From: Ptychomitrium polyphyllum
Lineage: Eukaryota
DNA: 64,000 bases
Direction of reading: 5' to 3'
NCBI GenBank assembly: GCA_973851085.1
Contig: OZ316775.1
Coordinates: 17,608,001 to 17,672,000, forward strand
Part shown: piece after piece, positions 25,627 through 37,882 of the stretch
How positions within the stretch are numbered: the first letter of the stretch is position 1
Layout of the letters: each line of letters opens with the position of its first letter
Translations under genes and position numbers: made by a program
Notes under the pieces: model-generated
What the model saw: only the letters and a program-made list of their open reading frames with translations
Databases searched by the model: none
Told to the model about the DNA's origin: nothing

Positions 25627-26196
25627 TGTTAGGGACACAAGAAATAAGAAGCAGAAACGAAGTGTTTCCCAAGAATTAGCTTCCAAAGAGCTAATGATTA
25701 ACAAGAACTTGATACAAAGACTAGAACAAGGCAGGATTCAAGATGATCCACAACTTGTGTTGGCAAGACTAAGGAATACCTTGTCTTGCCTCTTATTTAT
25801 ACTAGGACGTTTGTATCTCCTAGAATACTTCTAAAGAAGCTTCTTACAAGGCTTAAGAATGTTCTGGAAGTCTAAGGGACCTTCCTAAGAAGTTTTCTAA
25901 GATGTTGGAACATTCCTAAAAAGCTTCCAAGGAATTGGAACCTTCTTTGAAAGCTTCCAAGGAATTGGAACCTTCCTAGGAAGTTTCCTAAGGTAGCGGA
26001 ACCTTCTTAGAAAGTTTCATAAAGAGGTAGAACCTTCCTAGGAAGTTTCTTAAGGTGATGGAACCTTCCTAGGAAGCTTCCTAAAACTATAAAAAGGCTA
26101 TGGAGACATCTAAAAATATTCTAAGAAGCTATTATAGTATACTAGAAGGTTCTAGAATGTTCTAAAGACTATGTTGCATGATTTATGTCCGTGACA
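25627..26196 (-). repeat. 5' LTR of B1
   Basis: tgttagggacac...tccgtgaca (570 bp); TATAAATA (minus) at 25801-25794. Confidence 0.95.
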
Positions 26197-29100
26197 CCAA
26201 TCATGTGATGGACCACCTTGGAGGTGGTGATTGTGACTTCATGGCAAGCAAAGGGGCGCCTATGGCGGCCCTATTCAAGTAGATAGTTGATTTGGGCGCC
26301 ACAAAGCACATGACTCCTTACAAGTGCTCATTCCATACTTATGAGGCAATTGCAACCACTAGTGTGCTCATAGATGACAATGGCGTGGTGGAGGCCATTG
26401 GAATGGGTTCTATTGTGGTGGAAGTTGTTGTAGGAGGCAAAACCAAAAGGATTACCTTCAAAGACGTGCTCCATGTGCCAAAGATGAAGTCCAACCTCCT
26501 CTGAGTGAACAAACTTGTGATGGGAAGGTTTGTGGCTCGTTTCAATGTGAATGGATGTGTTGTGAATTCATTGGATGGAGATGTTGTTGCCACGAGGTTG
26601 AGGGATGGCAACTTGTACTTCATCAAGTATTAAAAGGTGAATAGAGTGGAGGTAGCGGCCTTTGCTGAACTCACTCAAGATGAAGATAAGTTTGGCATAT
26701 GGCATGGGCGCCTTGGGTACCTTAATGTCAAGGCCATGAAGGAGCTTCAAGGCATGGTAAGCGGCTTGGATCTGGGTACAACATGCGACAAGGCCAAAGA
26801 ACTTGCTTATAAGGGTTGCATCCTAGGCAAGCAACAAAGGGCTTTGTTTTCCAAGTGGAGTGGCAACTCAAGCAAGCACATTGTTGGCAATTGTGCATTC
26901 CAATGTGTGTAGGCCTATGAAGACTCCATCCATGGGGGGCGCAAGGTATTTCCTCACCTTCATTGGTGAATTTTTGAGGAAAGTGTGGGTATTCATCCTC
27001 AAGGCCAAGAGAGTGTGCTTTACAAGGTTCAAGGAGTTCAAGGCGCTTGTGGAGAAGCAATGTGAATCCAAGATCAAAGTGTTGCGTTCAGATAATGGTG
27101 GTGAATTCTTATCCAAGCGTTTTGATTGCTTCTTGAGGAATGAAGGCATTGCAAGGCAAACCTCCATTCCATACACTCCACAACAAAATGGAGTTGCTGA
27201 GAGGGCAAACCGCACCACTATAGAGATGGTCAGGAGCATGCTTCATGCTCAACATTTTAGGCATGAGTTGTCGGCAGAAGCGGTGGTAAATGCGATGTAC
27301 ACAAAAAATAGGTGCCTCACAAGTGTCCTTGCATCCATAATCCCTGAAGGAGCTTGGAGTGGTAAGAAGCCTTGTGTTTCACACATGAGGGCTTTTGGAT
27401 GCCTTGTATATGCATAAGTTTTAGATTACATGAGGTCCAAGCTTAATGCAAAGGATACAAAGTGTGTGTTCTTTGATTATTGTGAGGGCAGCAAAGCGTA
27501 TAGGTTGATGTGTTTGGAGAGCAAGAAGATCATCAAGAGCCGTGATGTTGAGTTCTTGGAGCACAAGAATGCTCGTGAGCACTTGAAGATGTGTTCAAAT
27601 TGAAGTAATGGTGTGATTGTGAACACATCCTCCACTTCAACCAAGGAAGAAGGTGGAGATGTGGATGGAGGTGAAGGAACAATGGAAGGGGATAGCAAGG
27701 CGACTTCTACCTTTAAGACCAGCAAAGGAGCCTCACAAGATGATGGTAAGCATCTTCATCCAAGTGAAGAGGATCAATCTCTAAGTGAAGGAGAAGTGGA
27801 TGCATTACAAGAGGAGAGGCTTGCAATGAGTAGTAGGAGGTACTCCATGAGGGAGAAGAGGCTACTTGGTGAATGGTGAAAGAACCACATCTTTCCCAAA
27901 GTGAGTGTTGAACATGCCAATGTTGCCCTTCTTGTTGATTTTAAAACTATGTGCGATGCTTTCAAATCCATGGATGCAATGAAGTGGGAGAAGGCCATGG
28001 AAAAAGAGTACAAGTCCCTCATGATCAATGGCACATGGCACTTGACTCAACTTCTTCCAAATCATTCTTCCATAGATTGCAAGTGGATGTTTAGATCCAA
28101 GAGGGATTTATCAGATGCAATTGTGAGGCATAAGGCAAGACTAGTTGCCAAAGGATACCCACAATTTGCTAGTGTGAACTTCAATAAAACATTTGTACCA
28201 GTGGCTAAGTTCACCACCATTAGAACCATCTTGGCCATAGCGGCGGCAATAGACTTGGAGGTCCATCAGATAGATGTGAAGACCCCCTTTTTGAATGGAA
28301 ACTTGGAAGAAGACATCTCCATGGAGCAACCTCTAGGATTTATACATGAAGGCTTGGAGCACCTTGTTTGCAAGTTGAAGAAGGCCTTATACGGGCTAAA
28401 GCAATCACCAAGGGCATGGTACCAACGTTTTGATGCATTCTAAAGGAAGGAAGGGTTTGTGAGAAATGAGGCGAGTCATTCTTTGTATGTGATGCAAACC
28501 ATGGAGTTCTTATTGATTGTGATTTTGTATGTGGATGACTTGATCATGTTGGCCAACCTTTTGGAGAAGTTAGAATGGTTGAAAGCCAAATTAGAGCTGC
28601 ATTTTGAGATGAGTGATTTGGGTGAGTTGCACTATTGTCTTGGAGTGGAGTTTGTGAGGGATCATGCAAAGAAGACCATTTCCATGAGCCAGAGGAAGTA
28701 CATTGAAGAAGGGTTGAAGCGATTCAACATGGAAGACTGCAAGCCAGTGAAAACGCCCTTGGAAGGTAACTTGAAGTTGATGAAGCTTAGTGATGAAGAG
28801 CATGCTCAAGTGAAGGGCGAAATGCAAGGCATTCCATACAAGACAGGAGTAGGGTGCCTCATGTATGCCATGATAGGCACAAGGTTTGATATTGCGTTTT
28901 TGATGAGTATTGTGAGCCAGCACATGTTCAAGGCCGGCCCTATGCATTGGGCAACCATCAAGAGGATCATGAGGTACTTGAAGGGCACCTTGGACTTTGT
29001 GCTGTGTTTAGAAGGTGATAACATTGAATTGCAGGGATTTTGTGATGCGGATTGGGATGGAGATGCAAATGATAGGCACTCCACAATGGGGTATGTGTTT

Positions 29101-29490
29101 TTTGATGGAAAAGGAGCCATTTCTTGGAACTGCAAGAGGCAATCCACAATTGGAAGGTCAACCATGGAGGCAAATGCGGCAAGTCATGGTGCAATGGAAG
29201 CAATGTGGCTAAGGCAATTCTTGAAGGACATTGGACTTGTACAAGTTGATGCAATACCCATTATATGTGACAATCAAAGATGTCTTGGCTTTGCCAAGAA
29301 TCCCAAGCATCACTCACAAACAAAGCACATCAACATCTAACTTCTCTTCATAAGAAAGAAGATTGAAGATGGAGTGATGAATATGAGGTATTGTGCAACA
29401 GAGGCCATGCTTGCTGATTTATTGACAAAAGCGTTGATAATAGATAGACACCATTTGTTAACAAGGTCAATTGGATTAAAGGTCCTTTGA
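26197..29490 (+). pseudogene. Copia pol (PR, INT, RT, RNaseH), disrupted
   Basis: D.GATKHMT, WHGRLGY, LRSDNGGEF, YTPQQNGVAERANRT, KARLVAKGY, LYGLKQSPRAW, LYVDD, GFCDADW, TKHI. Confidence 0.95.
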
Positions 29491-29510
29491 CCAATAGCAA
29501 AGTGAGAGAG

Positions 29511-29579
29511 TGACAAAGTGTGAAACATATAAAGCAATTATAATTGAAGTTTTCTTATGTGGGACTAGATCTTAATAGA
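29511..29579 (+). repeat. First 69 bp of the Copia 3' LTR
   Basis: tgacaaagtgtgaaacatataaag...gggactagatcttaataga; matches the start of the 5' LTR. Confidence 0.75.
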
Positions 29580-32500
29580 TGTCACGGACATAGATCATGC
29601 AATATAATCCTTAGAATAATCTAGAACCCTTTGATATACTATAATAGCTTCTTAGAATACTTTTAAATATCTCCATAGCCTTTCCATGTTTTTAGGAAGC
29701 TTCCTAGGAAAGTTCTTCCACCTCAAGAAACTTCCTAAAAAGGTTCTACCTCTTTCAAAATCTTCCTAAGAAGGTTCCATTACTTTAAAAAAACTTCTAA
29801 GTAGTGTTCCAACTCCTTGGAAGCTTCTTAGGAAGGTTCCAACATCTCAAGAATCTTCTTGGGAAGGTTTCCTAGACTTCCAAAATATTCTTAAGCCTTG
29901 TAAGAAGCTTTTTTAGAAGTATCCTAGGAAATACAAACGTCATAGTATAAATAAGAGGCAAGACAAGGTATTCCTTAGTCTTACCAACACAAGTTGTCAA
30001 TCATCTTGAATCCTGCCTTGTTCTAGTCTTTGTATCAAGTTCTTGATAATCATTAGCTCTTTAGACGTTAATTCTTGGGAAACACTTTGTTTCTGTTTCT
30101 TGTTTCTTGTGTTCCTAACAATTTGGCAAGACTACTCTTTATCTTTATCAGAGCTAAGGTTCTTTGAAGAAGATTTTGGATAACCTATCTTCTTTAGGAT
30201 TCCATAGCATCTTAGAAGTTGCAGATTATCCTCTTCTAAGCTAATACCATAGAGTTGATTTTTCCTTCAAAACCAAATATTACTTCTTTCAAAGGATGTG
30301 GATTTTCTTCCTTCAAAGGTATTCATAGTTTCTTTGTCTTTGATAGTATAAAGAAATGGTTGACGTGCTTGGAATATCAAAGTATGTTTGCAATTACTGC
30401 AGATCTTTAAGAGTTATTAAACACAATTCAAATGGAATTCGCTTGCTTCAACACCACCAACAAATTGGAACAACACACTTGGAAAGCTGAAGAATTCAAT
30501 GGTGATATTCAAAGTCTATATCAAAAGCTTATTTGGTTGCGAGAGGCCAATATTGGAAGAGAAGGCTTACGTCAAACCCATGCAGAGCCAAAAATTAGTA
30601 TGCTAGACAAGTTTGATGGATTTAGATCAAAATTGAGAGGCTTTGCTCAATAAGTAAGGCTCTTCCTTAGTTTGCATCAATCTTGCTATCCTGATGGTAC
30701 AATTCAATTGGGATTTGTCGCCACTCTATAAACAAACAATATAATATCATAATTTGCATCATTAATGAAGAAGCATTCACCATTATTGAACAACTTAGAT
30801 GCTTTCATAGAAGCAATATTCATCTTTTGGAGACACCAATAAAGACAAGCTGGCTGAGACTAGGATCTAAAGTCTACAACAAGGACAATGCTTAGCTGTT
30901 ACATATGCTACAGAGTTTCAACAACTAGCTTGCGACCTTGATTGGAATAATAAGGCCTTGGTATCACAATTCTGATGGGACTTAAGAGAAAATGTGAAGG
31001 TCTTGCTACTCACAATGCCAAGAGTTGAAACATTGGACAAATTCATCACTCAAGCAATAGCATGGGACAATAGACTATTCGAGAGCCGCCAAAAACAGCG
31101 CTTGAGATGGCAACCAGTACATAAAAATATGGCTAATACTTCTTCAAGAATATCAAAAAGCCAACTACAAAGACCAAAACCTATGCACATTGATGCTAAC
31201 TAGTTTAGATGTTTGACTCCAACAGAATAAAGGCGTCAAAGAAGAAACCAATGTTTGTTTTGTGGCAAGTCTAAACATAAAGTGTACGATTGCCAAATCA
31301 AAGGATCTGCCTTTAAGATTCAAAGCGCAATGGTAGAATTGGAAAACAAGGTTGTTCAATCATAATAGGGACCACGCAATTAGACACCACATGGAAACGA
31401 CCATCAAATCAAGGTTTCTTACTACCTTCAAGCTCTATTTCTTGCTATACATTTCCTATCAAAATAAAATTGTTAGACGATGAAATAGTTAGTGAGGCTC
31501 TTTTAGAGACTTGTATAACGGCATGTTTCATGGACAAAGATTTTGCAACCAAATATCACATGGTGCTTCTAAAGAAAAAATATCTCGCACCTATTGAAGT
31601 TATTGATGGACGATCTCTTGCGTCTAGCAACATTATTGAAGAAATTCAACTCTTGGAGGTTGTTTTAAAGGACCAGGCATCTAAGATTGTCTTCAACATC
31701 ATTCAATGCCAAACAAATCCTATTGTCCTGGACCTTCTTTGGTTTGAATTATATACTCCAGACATTGATTGGCGCTTATGGAATGTAGTCTCAAGGAAAA
31801 GACGTTAAGGTACAAGAAATCTTGGACCATCATTTATTGGAGCTAAGGCATTTATAAGAGCGGCAAAAGATGAACCAATCTATGCCATTTATGCTACACC
31901 AATGTCCAGTTCTATAATAGAGATTAATTGAAACATATCTCCTCAATATCAAGATTATAAAAATGTTTGTGAAAAGAAGAATGCAGACATAAAACCAAAG
32001 CACCAGCCTTATGATTGTACCATTGAGTTGTAAGAAAGAGCCCAACCACCTTTTTAGACCTATTTATAACTTATCACAAACCAAATTGAATGCCTTGAGA
32101 GAATATATTGATGAAAACCTAGAAAAATGTTTCATTCAACACTGTAAATCACCTATTAAAGTACCCATTCTATTCATAAAAAAGAAAGATGGATCATTAT
32201 GTATGTGCATGGATTATCAAGGCTTCAATAATGAAACAAAAAAGAATCGCTATCCATTACTATTAATTTCAGGACTCCTACAACAAATTGGCCAAGCAAA
32301 GATATTCACCAAAATTGAGTTTAGAAGAGCTTATAATCTTGTACGCATTAAAGAAGGAGACAAATGGAAAACAATTTTTTGATCTAAATATGGTCTTTTT
32401 GAATACAATGTCATGTCTTTTGGCCTTACTAATGCCCTTGCAGTTTTCCAACACATGATGAATGATATTTTCTATGAACATTTGAACAATTTTGTAGTCA

Positions 32501-32874
32501 TTCACTTGGATGAAAATTTGATATATTCGAAAGACAAACAAGACCATGAATGTCATGTGCAACTTGTTATAGAAAACCTACGCTAGTGAGGATTATATGC
32601 CAAATTGGAGAAGTGCATTATATAATTGGAGAAGTGCGACTTGTTATAGAATCTTCGGTTGAAATTTTAGGCTACATCATCTCCAAAGGAAGAATCTATA
32701 TGGATAAGAAGAAAATAAGCATTGTCATGGAGTGGAGTACGCCAAAGTCAATTTGAGATGTTCAATGCTTCTTGAGATTTGCAAACTTCTACAGGATATT
32801 CATCAAGGATTATTCCAAGATTGTAGCACCATTAACATGACTTACGGGGAAGCAAAAATTCACTTGGAATGAAG
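29580..32874 (+). mobile_element. Family B copy B2, 3'-truncated (5' LTR 29580-30120, gag, PR, RT)
   Basis: LTR tgtcacgg...cctaaca is the reverse complement of the B1 LTR. PBS ttggcaagacta at 30123-30134. Collinear with B1 up to ...cacttggaatgaag. Confidence 0.9.
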
Positions 32875-32884
32875 TGAATTCACT

Positions 32885-34130
32885 TAGGAATAAATCCTTA
32901 AGTTCATCGCCTATCCCCTAATGAATTTGACTCATCAACGCTTCTTATCCTCAATTCATGTTGCATACAAGTTGTTGAAATTTTGATGCATAAATTGACA
33001 TAGAATGTGGCCTTTGGCACGAAGCACAAATCTTAGTAGTTGCAAAATTAAGCTTGTCATGGTCACCAAAGGCTTCTACAAATGCGGCTAAGAATGCATC
33101 AAAGTTGCTAAGTATAGAAGAATTCTCCTCAAAAAGTGGTGCAAATCAGGACAATACTTGTCGTAAGAGCAACATTCTTATCAATCCAACACGCAAAGCG
33201 TTTGTAGGATACTGCCAAGGTTGAAGCAAGGTATCAAGTTGAACTTGGTTTATAAAGCCTCAAAAACTTCTAAATGCGTACCATCAAATTTCTCCTGAAG
33301 GCTAATTCTTGGTTCTTAGGTGTTGACATTAAATTCTTGGCTTGAACTTGTCCAACATTTATTAAATCAGGTTTTGACAATGAAGCACCTAAGTTGACTT
33401 GGGATAGCAATTGCGGTATTTTTGCTCTTTGACCATTGTATATGGTTAAATACAGTTCTTTATTTTGTTTGGAGAAAGTCTCGGTTTTGATACTCAATGT
33501 TATAAAGGCATTTAATGGAATCTAACTTTGTTTCTTTTTAATCAGTCATATTGACTTCTTCACCCCTTGGTATAGAAATGAAGTGGGAATAGGTTAGAAC
33601 TGCTATCTACTCAAGAAACTAAAGAAAATTTTAGAAGAAATATCAAACCAAAGGAAGGTTATCCGCAACCTCTAGAGTGCTATAGTACTTTCAAGAAAGA
33701 AGGGTGATCTACTCTCTATCAAAAAAGACCAAGCTCTGATATTGTTGTATGACAATGTCAATAAAATGTTACAGATAGAGTAACGACAAGACAAGGCTCC
33801 AAAATTCTAGGATGTAGAATAAAATAAGTCCAAGTATATTAGAAGTAAAGAGCTACAACAAGTCCAAAAGACAAGGCCAAAAGGTCTGTAGTAGGCCATA
33901 AGAGATGCGTTGTTGAGACCAAAGAGGTCTTTAGCCTCGACTCTTATATATACTAGAACTACAAGCCTTGTAAGCTTCTTGAGAAACGTCACCTACATTG
34001 CTTCCTTGGCAGCTTCCTTATCCAAAGATAATTTCCTTGGAAGCTTCTTAAAATTAAGAAAACTTCATTGGAAGCTTTCTTAATTTTCTAAGAACCTTTT
34101 TAGATGCTTCTAATATGTATATCCGTGATA
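32885..34130 (-). mobile_element. Family A copy A2, inverted fragment (5' LTR 33767-34130 plus partial gag)
   Basis: Reverse complement is collinear with 3408-~4465. Abuts the A1 chromodomain at 34131. Confidence 0.85.
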
Positions 34131-34218
34131 GGAGCCAGCTAATAATCTTACCAATTCACTACTAAAAGTTTGCAAATTCCATCAACAACATCCATCCAAA
34201 CCAAAAGCTGCAGCATAA
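34131..34218 (+). pseudogene. A1 chromodomain C-terminus and pol stop
   Basis: EPANNLTNSLLKVCKFHQQHPSKPKAAA*, comparable to B1 EPSTNVTNASEKVLEFHQRYPQKSSQ*. Confidence 0.75.
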
Positions 34219-34398
34219 GGAATAATAGCTTGGTAAAGTTGCGTGACTTTGAAGGTTTTTTATGCTTGGACTTTTAAATGCAAAGAATAGCAATTCCTAG
34301 ATTATAAGTTTCCAAAGCCCTAAAAATAATTTAAAAATTAGTCATTTGTATTTTTTAAGTTTATCATAGTTTCTTGATAATTGCTTGATATATTAGAT

Positions 34399-34749
34399 AT
34401 GAACAATTAAGATGCAAATACCATGCTAATGGTGTCAACCCAACCAAGTGGTTTTTATTGACAACCTTGTGATGAAGTACAGATTGGACTAAGAAGACGT
34501 CAAAGGATATCCAACAATAGATCGTTGGTGATTGTCTTAGAAGTGAAGCAAACTTATGAAGATTATTTAAAAGTAGAGTTTGAGGGACGCTTTTACAATA
34601 AAAATACGGATATTCTTGCTTGGTCCCAAGTAGAAGGCGTTGGACATTATTGGTGGTTACAAGGACCTATGAACCATTTCAATCAAGAAAGGCAAGTGGA
34701 GTATGTTGCAGTTACTATGCGACAAATTTTTTACTTCTTACAATTTTAA
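34399..34749 (+). pseudogene. Extra ORF (ORF3), copy A1
   Basis: ...NRSLVIVLEV...FEGRF...ILAWSQV...LQGPMNHFNQERQVEYVAVTMRQIFYFLQF*. Two upstream in-frame stops; the start is uncertain. Confidence 0.65.
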
Positions 34750-34801
34750 GAACTTGTTGCAATATGCTCCTTACAAACCTTAGAGCTAAAAGGAGAGATG
34801 A

Positions 34802-35285
34802 CATCATGGATAAATTTGTTAGAAGCATCTAGAAAAGTTCTTAGAAAGGTTAGGAAGCTTCCAAGAAAGTTACCTCTGGCTTAGGACGCTTTTATAGAAG
34901 TTATTTCAAATTAAGAAGCTTCCAAGGAAGTTATCTTGGCTTAGGAAACTTCCAACAAAATTACTTCCGTTTATGAAGCTTCTAAAGAAGTTACCTTTAG
35001 CTTAGAAAACTTCCAAAGAAGCAACTCAAGGTTGCTAGAGTACAAAGCAATGTAATAAGAAGCTTCCCAAGAAACTTCAAAGGCTTATAGTTTTAGTATA
35101 CATAGGAGTTGAGGCTAAAGAATTCTTTAGTCTTGACAACACATCTCTTTGTGGTGTAATTCAAACCTTCTGGCCTTGTCTTTTGTACCTTGTTGTAGCT
35201 CTTTACTTCTAATATATCTTGGACATATCTTGTTCTACATCCTAGAATTCTAAAGCCTTGTCTTGTCGTTATTTTGTCCGTAACA
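34802..35285 (+). repeat. 3' LTR of A1
   Basis: Follows PPT aaaaggagagatga (34788-34801) and ends tccgtaaca (484 bp). Confidence 0.85.
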
Positions 35286-37564
35286 CCACCTTGGTATTAA
35301 AAAATTTATGATTTTAAGTACACATCATTTCTAAATTCACTTCTTTTCTGGACACATCTATATAATGAATTTTTCCACACCTTGACACAACTCTTCTTTT
35401 TGCAAACTTTCATTTTATTTAGAATCTTTAATTGTATTTTATATTATTTCTAGTTATATTGAGGCCCTTGCTTTAATATGTACAAAAAAATCTTCTTCTT
35501 CTGCAATAGAAAGTCATAAAAGAACATCCTACATTTTGAAATATTTGATGAATAAGCTATAAAAAATAGTGATTTGGGAAGTTTGTAGACTTTTAATATA
35601 AATGATGGTACAATAGCCACAATTTTATTGCATGCAAATGAAGTGAAATTTTGTCAACCTACTTAAATTTGAATTTATTTGGATTGAATTTCCATGTTTT
35701 TGATATACTTTGTTGTTATCAACGCTTACATATGCAAATATTTTATTGCATACAAAAAATTTACAAATAATGATCTTTGTATCAATTTGTCAAAAATTCA
35801 CTTATACACATGATAGAAACCAATTCACAATTGAATTTTTTTTATTTTGGTCTCTTTAACGCATTCTTACTCATATGGCACAATGTTTAAATATTCATTT
35901 TCAAATAGTGTTTAATTTTTTAGAAATAAAACCAATATTTTAGCACTTAATCTTCAATCTTCAATTAATCTTTCTTCTACAAGCCATTATTTGTTTTAAA
36001 AATCGTAGCTTTGAAAAATCTAAATCCTAAATCTTTAATCAAGTTTTTTCCAATTTATCCAATTTACAACACAATAGGATAAATTGGAGGTCTGTACTTT
36101 TTCTAAAGCGTTACTTTCATCCATTTATGAATCATTTCAAATACAAGCACTTCAATCAATATCAATTGGAATTCTATCTTTTTTTATCATCCACCTATTC
36201 ATCTATACATAAAGTATAACTATAATTCTTTGAAAGAAATCTTGAATTTATCAATTAGAATTTTTGAAATCTTATCTTAGTATTTGTAGTTAGCTTTGTT
36301 TTATTTAAAGGAAGACATGGTGTATATTTTGCTAAACTTATTGCATCACCTAAATTGTATTCAATCATTGAATAATCCAAATTGTCAAATACTTTAGAAA
36401 TTTTGTTATAAGAAAAATAAAACTTAATCAACATTGCATGTGAAGCTTGCTTCTTTAGAAACCAAAAATATGTATGACTTTATTCCTAGTTAATTTCTTT
36501 GCCCTATCTTAAGAATTTCCACATTATATTATCAATTATTACCTTCAATATCATTAATATTGTTTACAATTTATTTGTAGTATTTGATATGCTTAGCATC
36601 AAACTTTTGAAAGCATGTATAGCAAAGTTTAAGATAATGCCAAGTTTCATAGGATGATTGTAACATTTTAATTAGATACATCTTACGAATAAGATTAGAC
36701 CATAGATTATTGTAAAGATTCAAAAGAATAAGTAATTTAACAATTGAAAATTCACAAGATTAAAACAATTCAAAATTAATGACCAATGGAAATAGGTGCA
36801 AACATATATATGTTGTGTTTTGCATGGTCTTACATTCTATTATTCATAAAAATAAGTAAAAAAACTACAAAGTTTCACAATCATCTCCAATTATGGATGT
36901 TTTTTCTATCATAATTTTAGTAAAAGTTTTAAACAAAAGTGTAAAAAAATTCTACTCACCATTCATTGCTTACTGCAATTGCTTATTTTTTTCTAATGTG
37001 GTTATTTTTTTAACTAATACAAATTAAATTCACTAATGTGCTTTTTTGTATCATTTCAATTCCAATTTTTAAAAATACAACCAACTTTTTATGTACATCT
37101 TTGTATGATATATTTTTCATATTTGATAATTTCTTAATAACATTTGGTAGAGTGGAAAAAAATATAAACACTCAATATTCAAATCATATATGTTGTAGAG
37201 AATAACAATAGCACGTATTTTATGAAATAGTTATGTTTGTAAAAAAATGACACTTGTAATTTCCAAATCATTCAAAAGTCATGAGTATGGATATCGCCTG
37301 AAAAGTTACTAATGCTTTGATAAAGTAATTCGTGGACATAGGGGTGAAACTTTTTCTCCACTGGACAATGTAATGTAGATCGCGGCTTAGGCACCAGTAA
37401 CGGTGCCAAGGAGACTGGAACTGGCTTTGAATTAGGAAGAAATAGAGACCAAATTAGGGTTGGAGGCAAGGTGAGGCAAGGGAAGGCCAGAAGGCAAACT
37501 TGTGGCGTTTTGAATCTCGCATTCAGGTTTGTTCTATCGCTCGGAGCACGCAGGGGTGGCAGCG

Positions 37565-37882
37565 ATGGCGTCGAGGATGGGGTTGGTGCGGAGGGTGATG
37601 CACATGCAGAGACTGCGGGGAGGCCATGGGGGAGGCGGGAGCTGGTTCGCGCCCGGCACGCAGGAGGGTACTAACGGGATCTTGTTCGGGGAAACCCCCC
37701 TGGCGCCCGGCCAAACGCGCAAATGGGAGGATTGGGAGGTGCCTTACTACATCACCGGGATTCTGACCACAATCATGCTCACGGTCGGGCTCTCGGCCAA
37801 GCCCGATACTAGGATCGAGTCTTGGGCGCACAAGCAGGCACTGGAGCGCCTGGCCGCGGAAGAGGAAGCTGAGGCAAGTTAG
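37565..37882 (+). CDS. NDUFB11: Mitochondrial complex I ESSS subunit (NDUFB11-like), single coding exon, 105 aa
   Basis: Arg-rich presequence, NGILFGETP..PGQTRKWEDWE.PYY, one TM helix, AKPDT.IESWAH..ALERL. Telobox attagggtt at ~37453. Confidence 0.9.
   Translation: MASRMGLVRRVMHMQRLRGGHGGGGSWFAPGTQEGTNGILFGETPLAPGQTRKWEDWEVPYYITGILTTIMLTVGLSAKPDTRIESWAHKQALERLAAEEEAEAS

Larger units (their letters stand above)
19670..26196 (-). mobile_element. Ty3/Gypsy chromovirus (family B, copy B1), structurally complete
   Basis: Near-identical TG..CA LTRs, TSD CCAAC/CCAAT (19665-19669, 26197-26201), PPT (minus) atggggaggtga at 20254-20265, gag-PR-RT-RH-INT-chromodomain order. Confidence 0.95.
18064..29579 (+). 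mobile_element. Ty1/Copia retrotransposon, decayed; interrupted by B1 and truncated in its 3' LTR by B2
   Basis: Gag-PR-INT-RT-RH order. The LTR start (aaagtrtgaaayatataaag) is repeated at 18064 and 29511. A purine-rich PPT (aaagtgagagag) precedes 29511. Confidence 0.9.
3408..35285 (+). mobile_element. Outer Ty3/Gypsy chromovirus (family A, copy A1), decayed; hosts all nested insertions
   Basis: Related LTRs at 3408-3800 and 34802-35285, both ending ...tccgtaaca. Flanks are CCACT (3403-3407) and CCACC (35286-35290), a 4/5 TSD. Gag, RT, RNaseH, INT and chromodomain pieces occur in order between the insertions. Confidence 0.85.
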
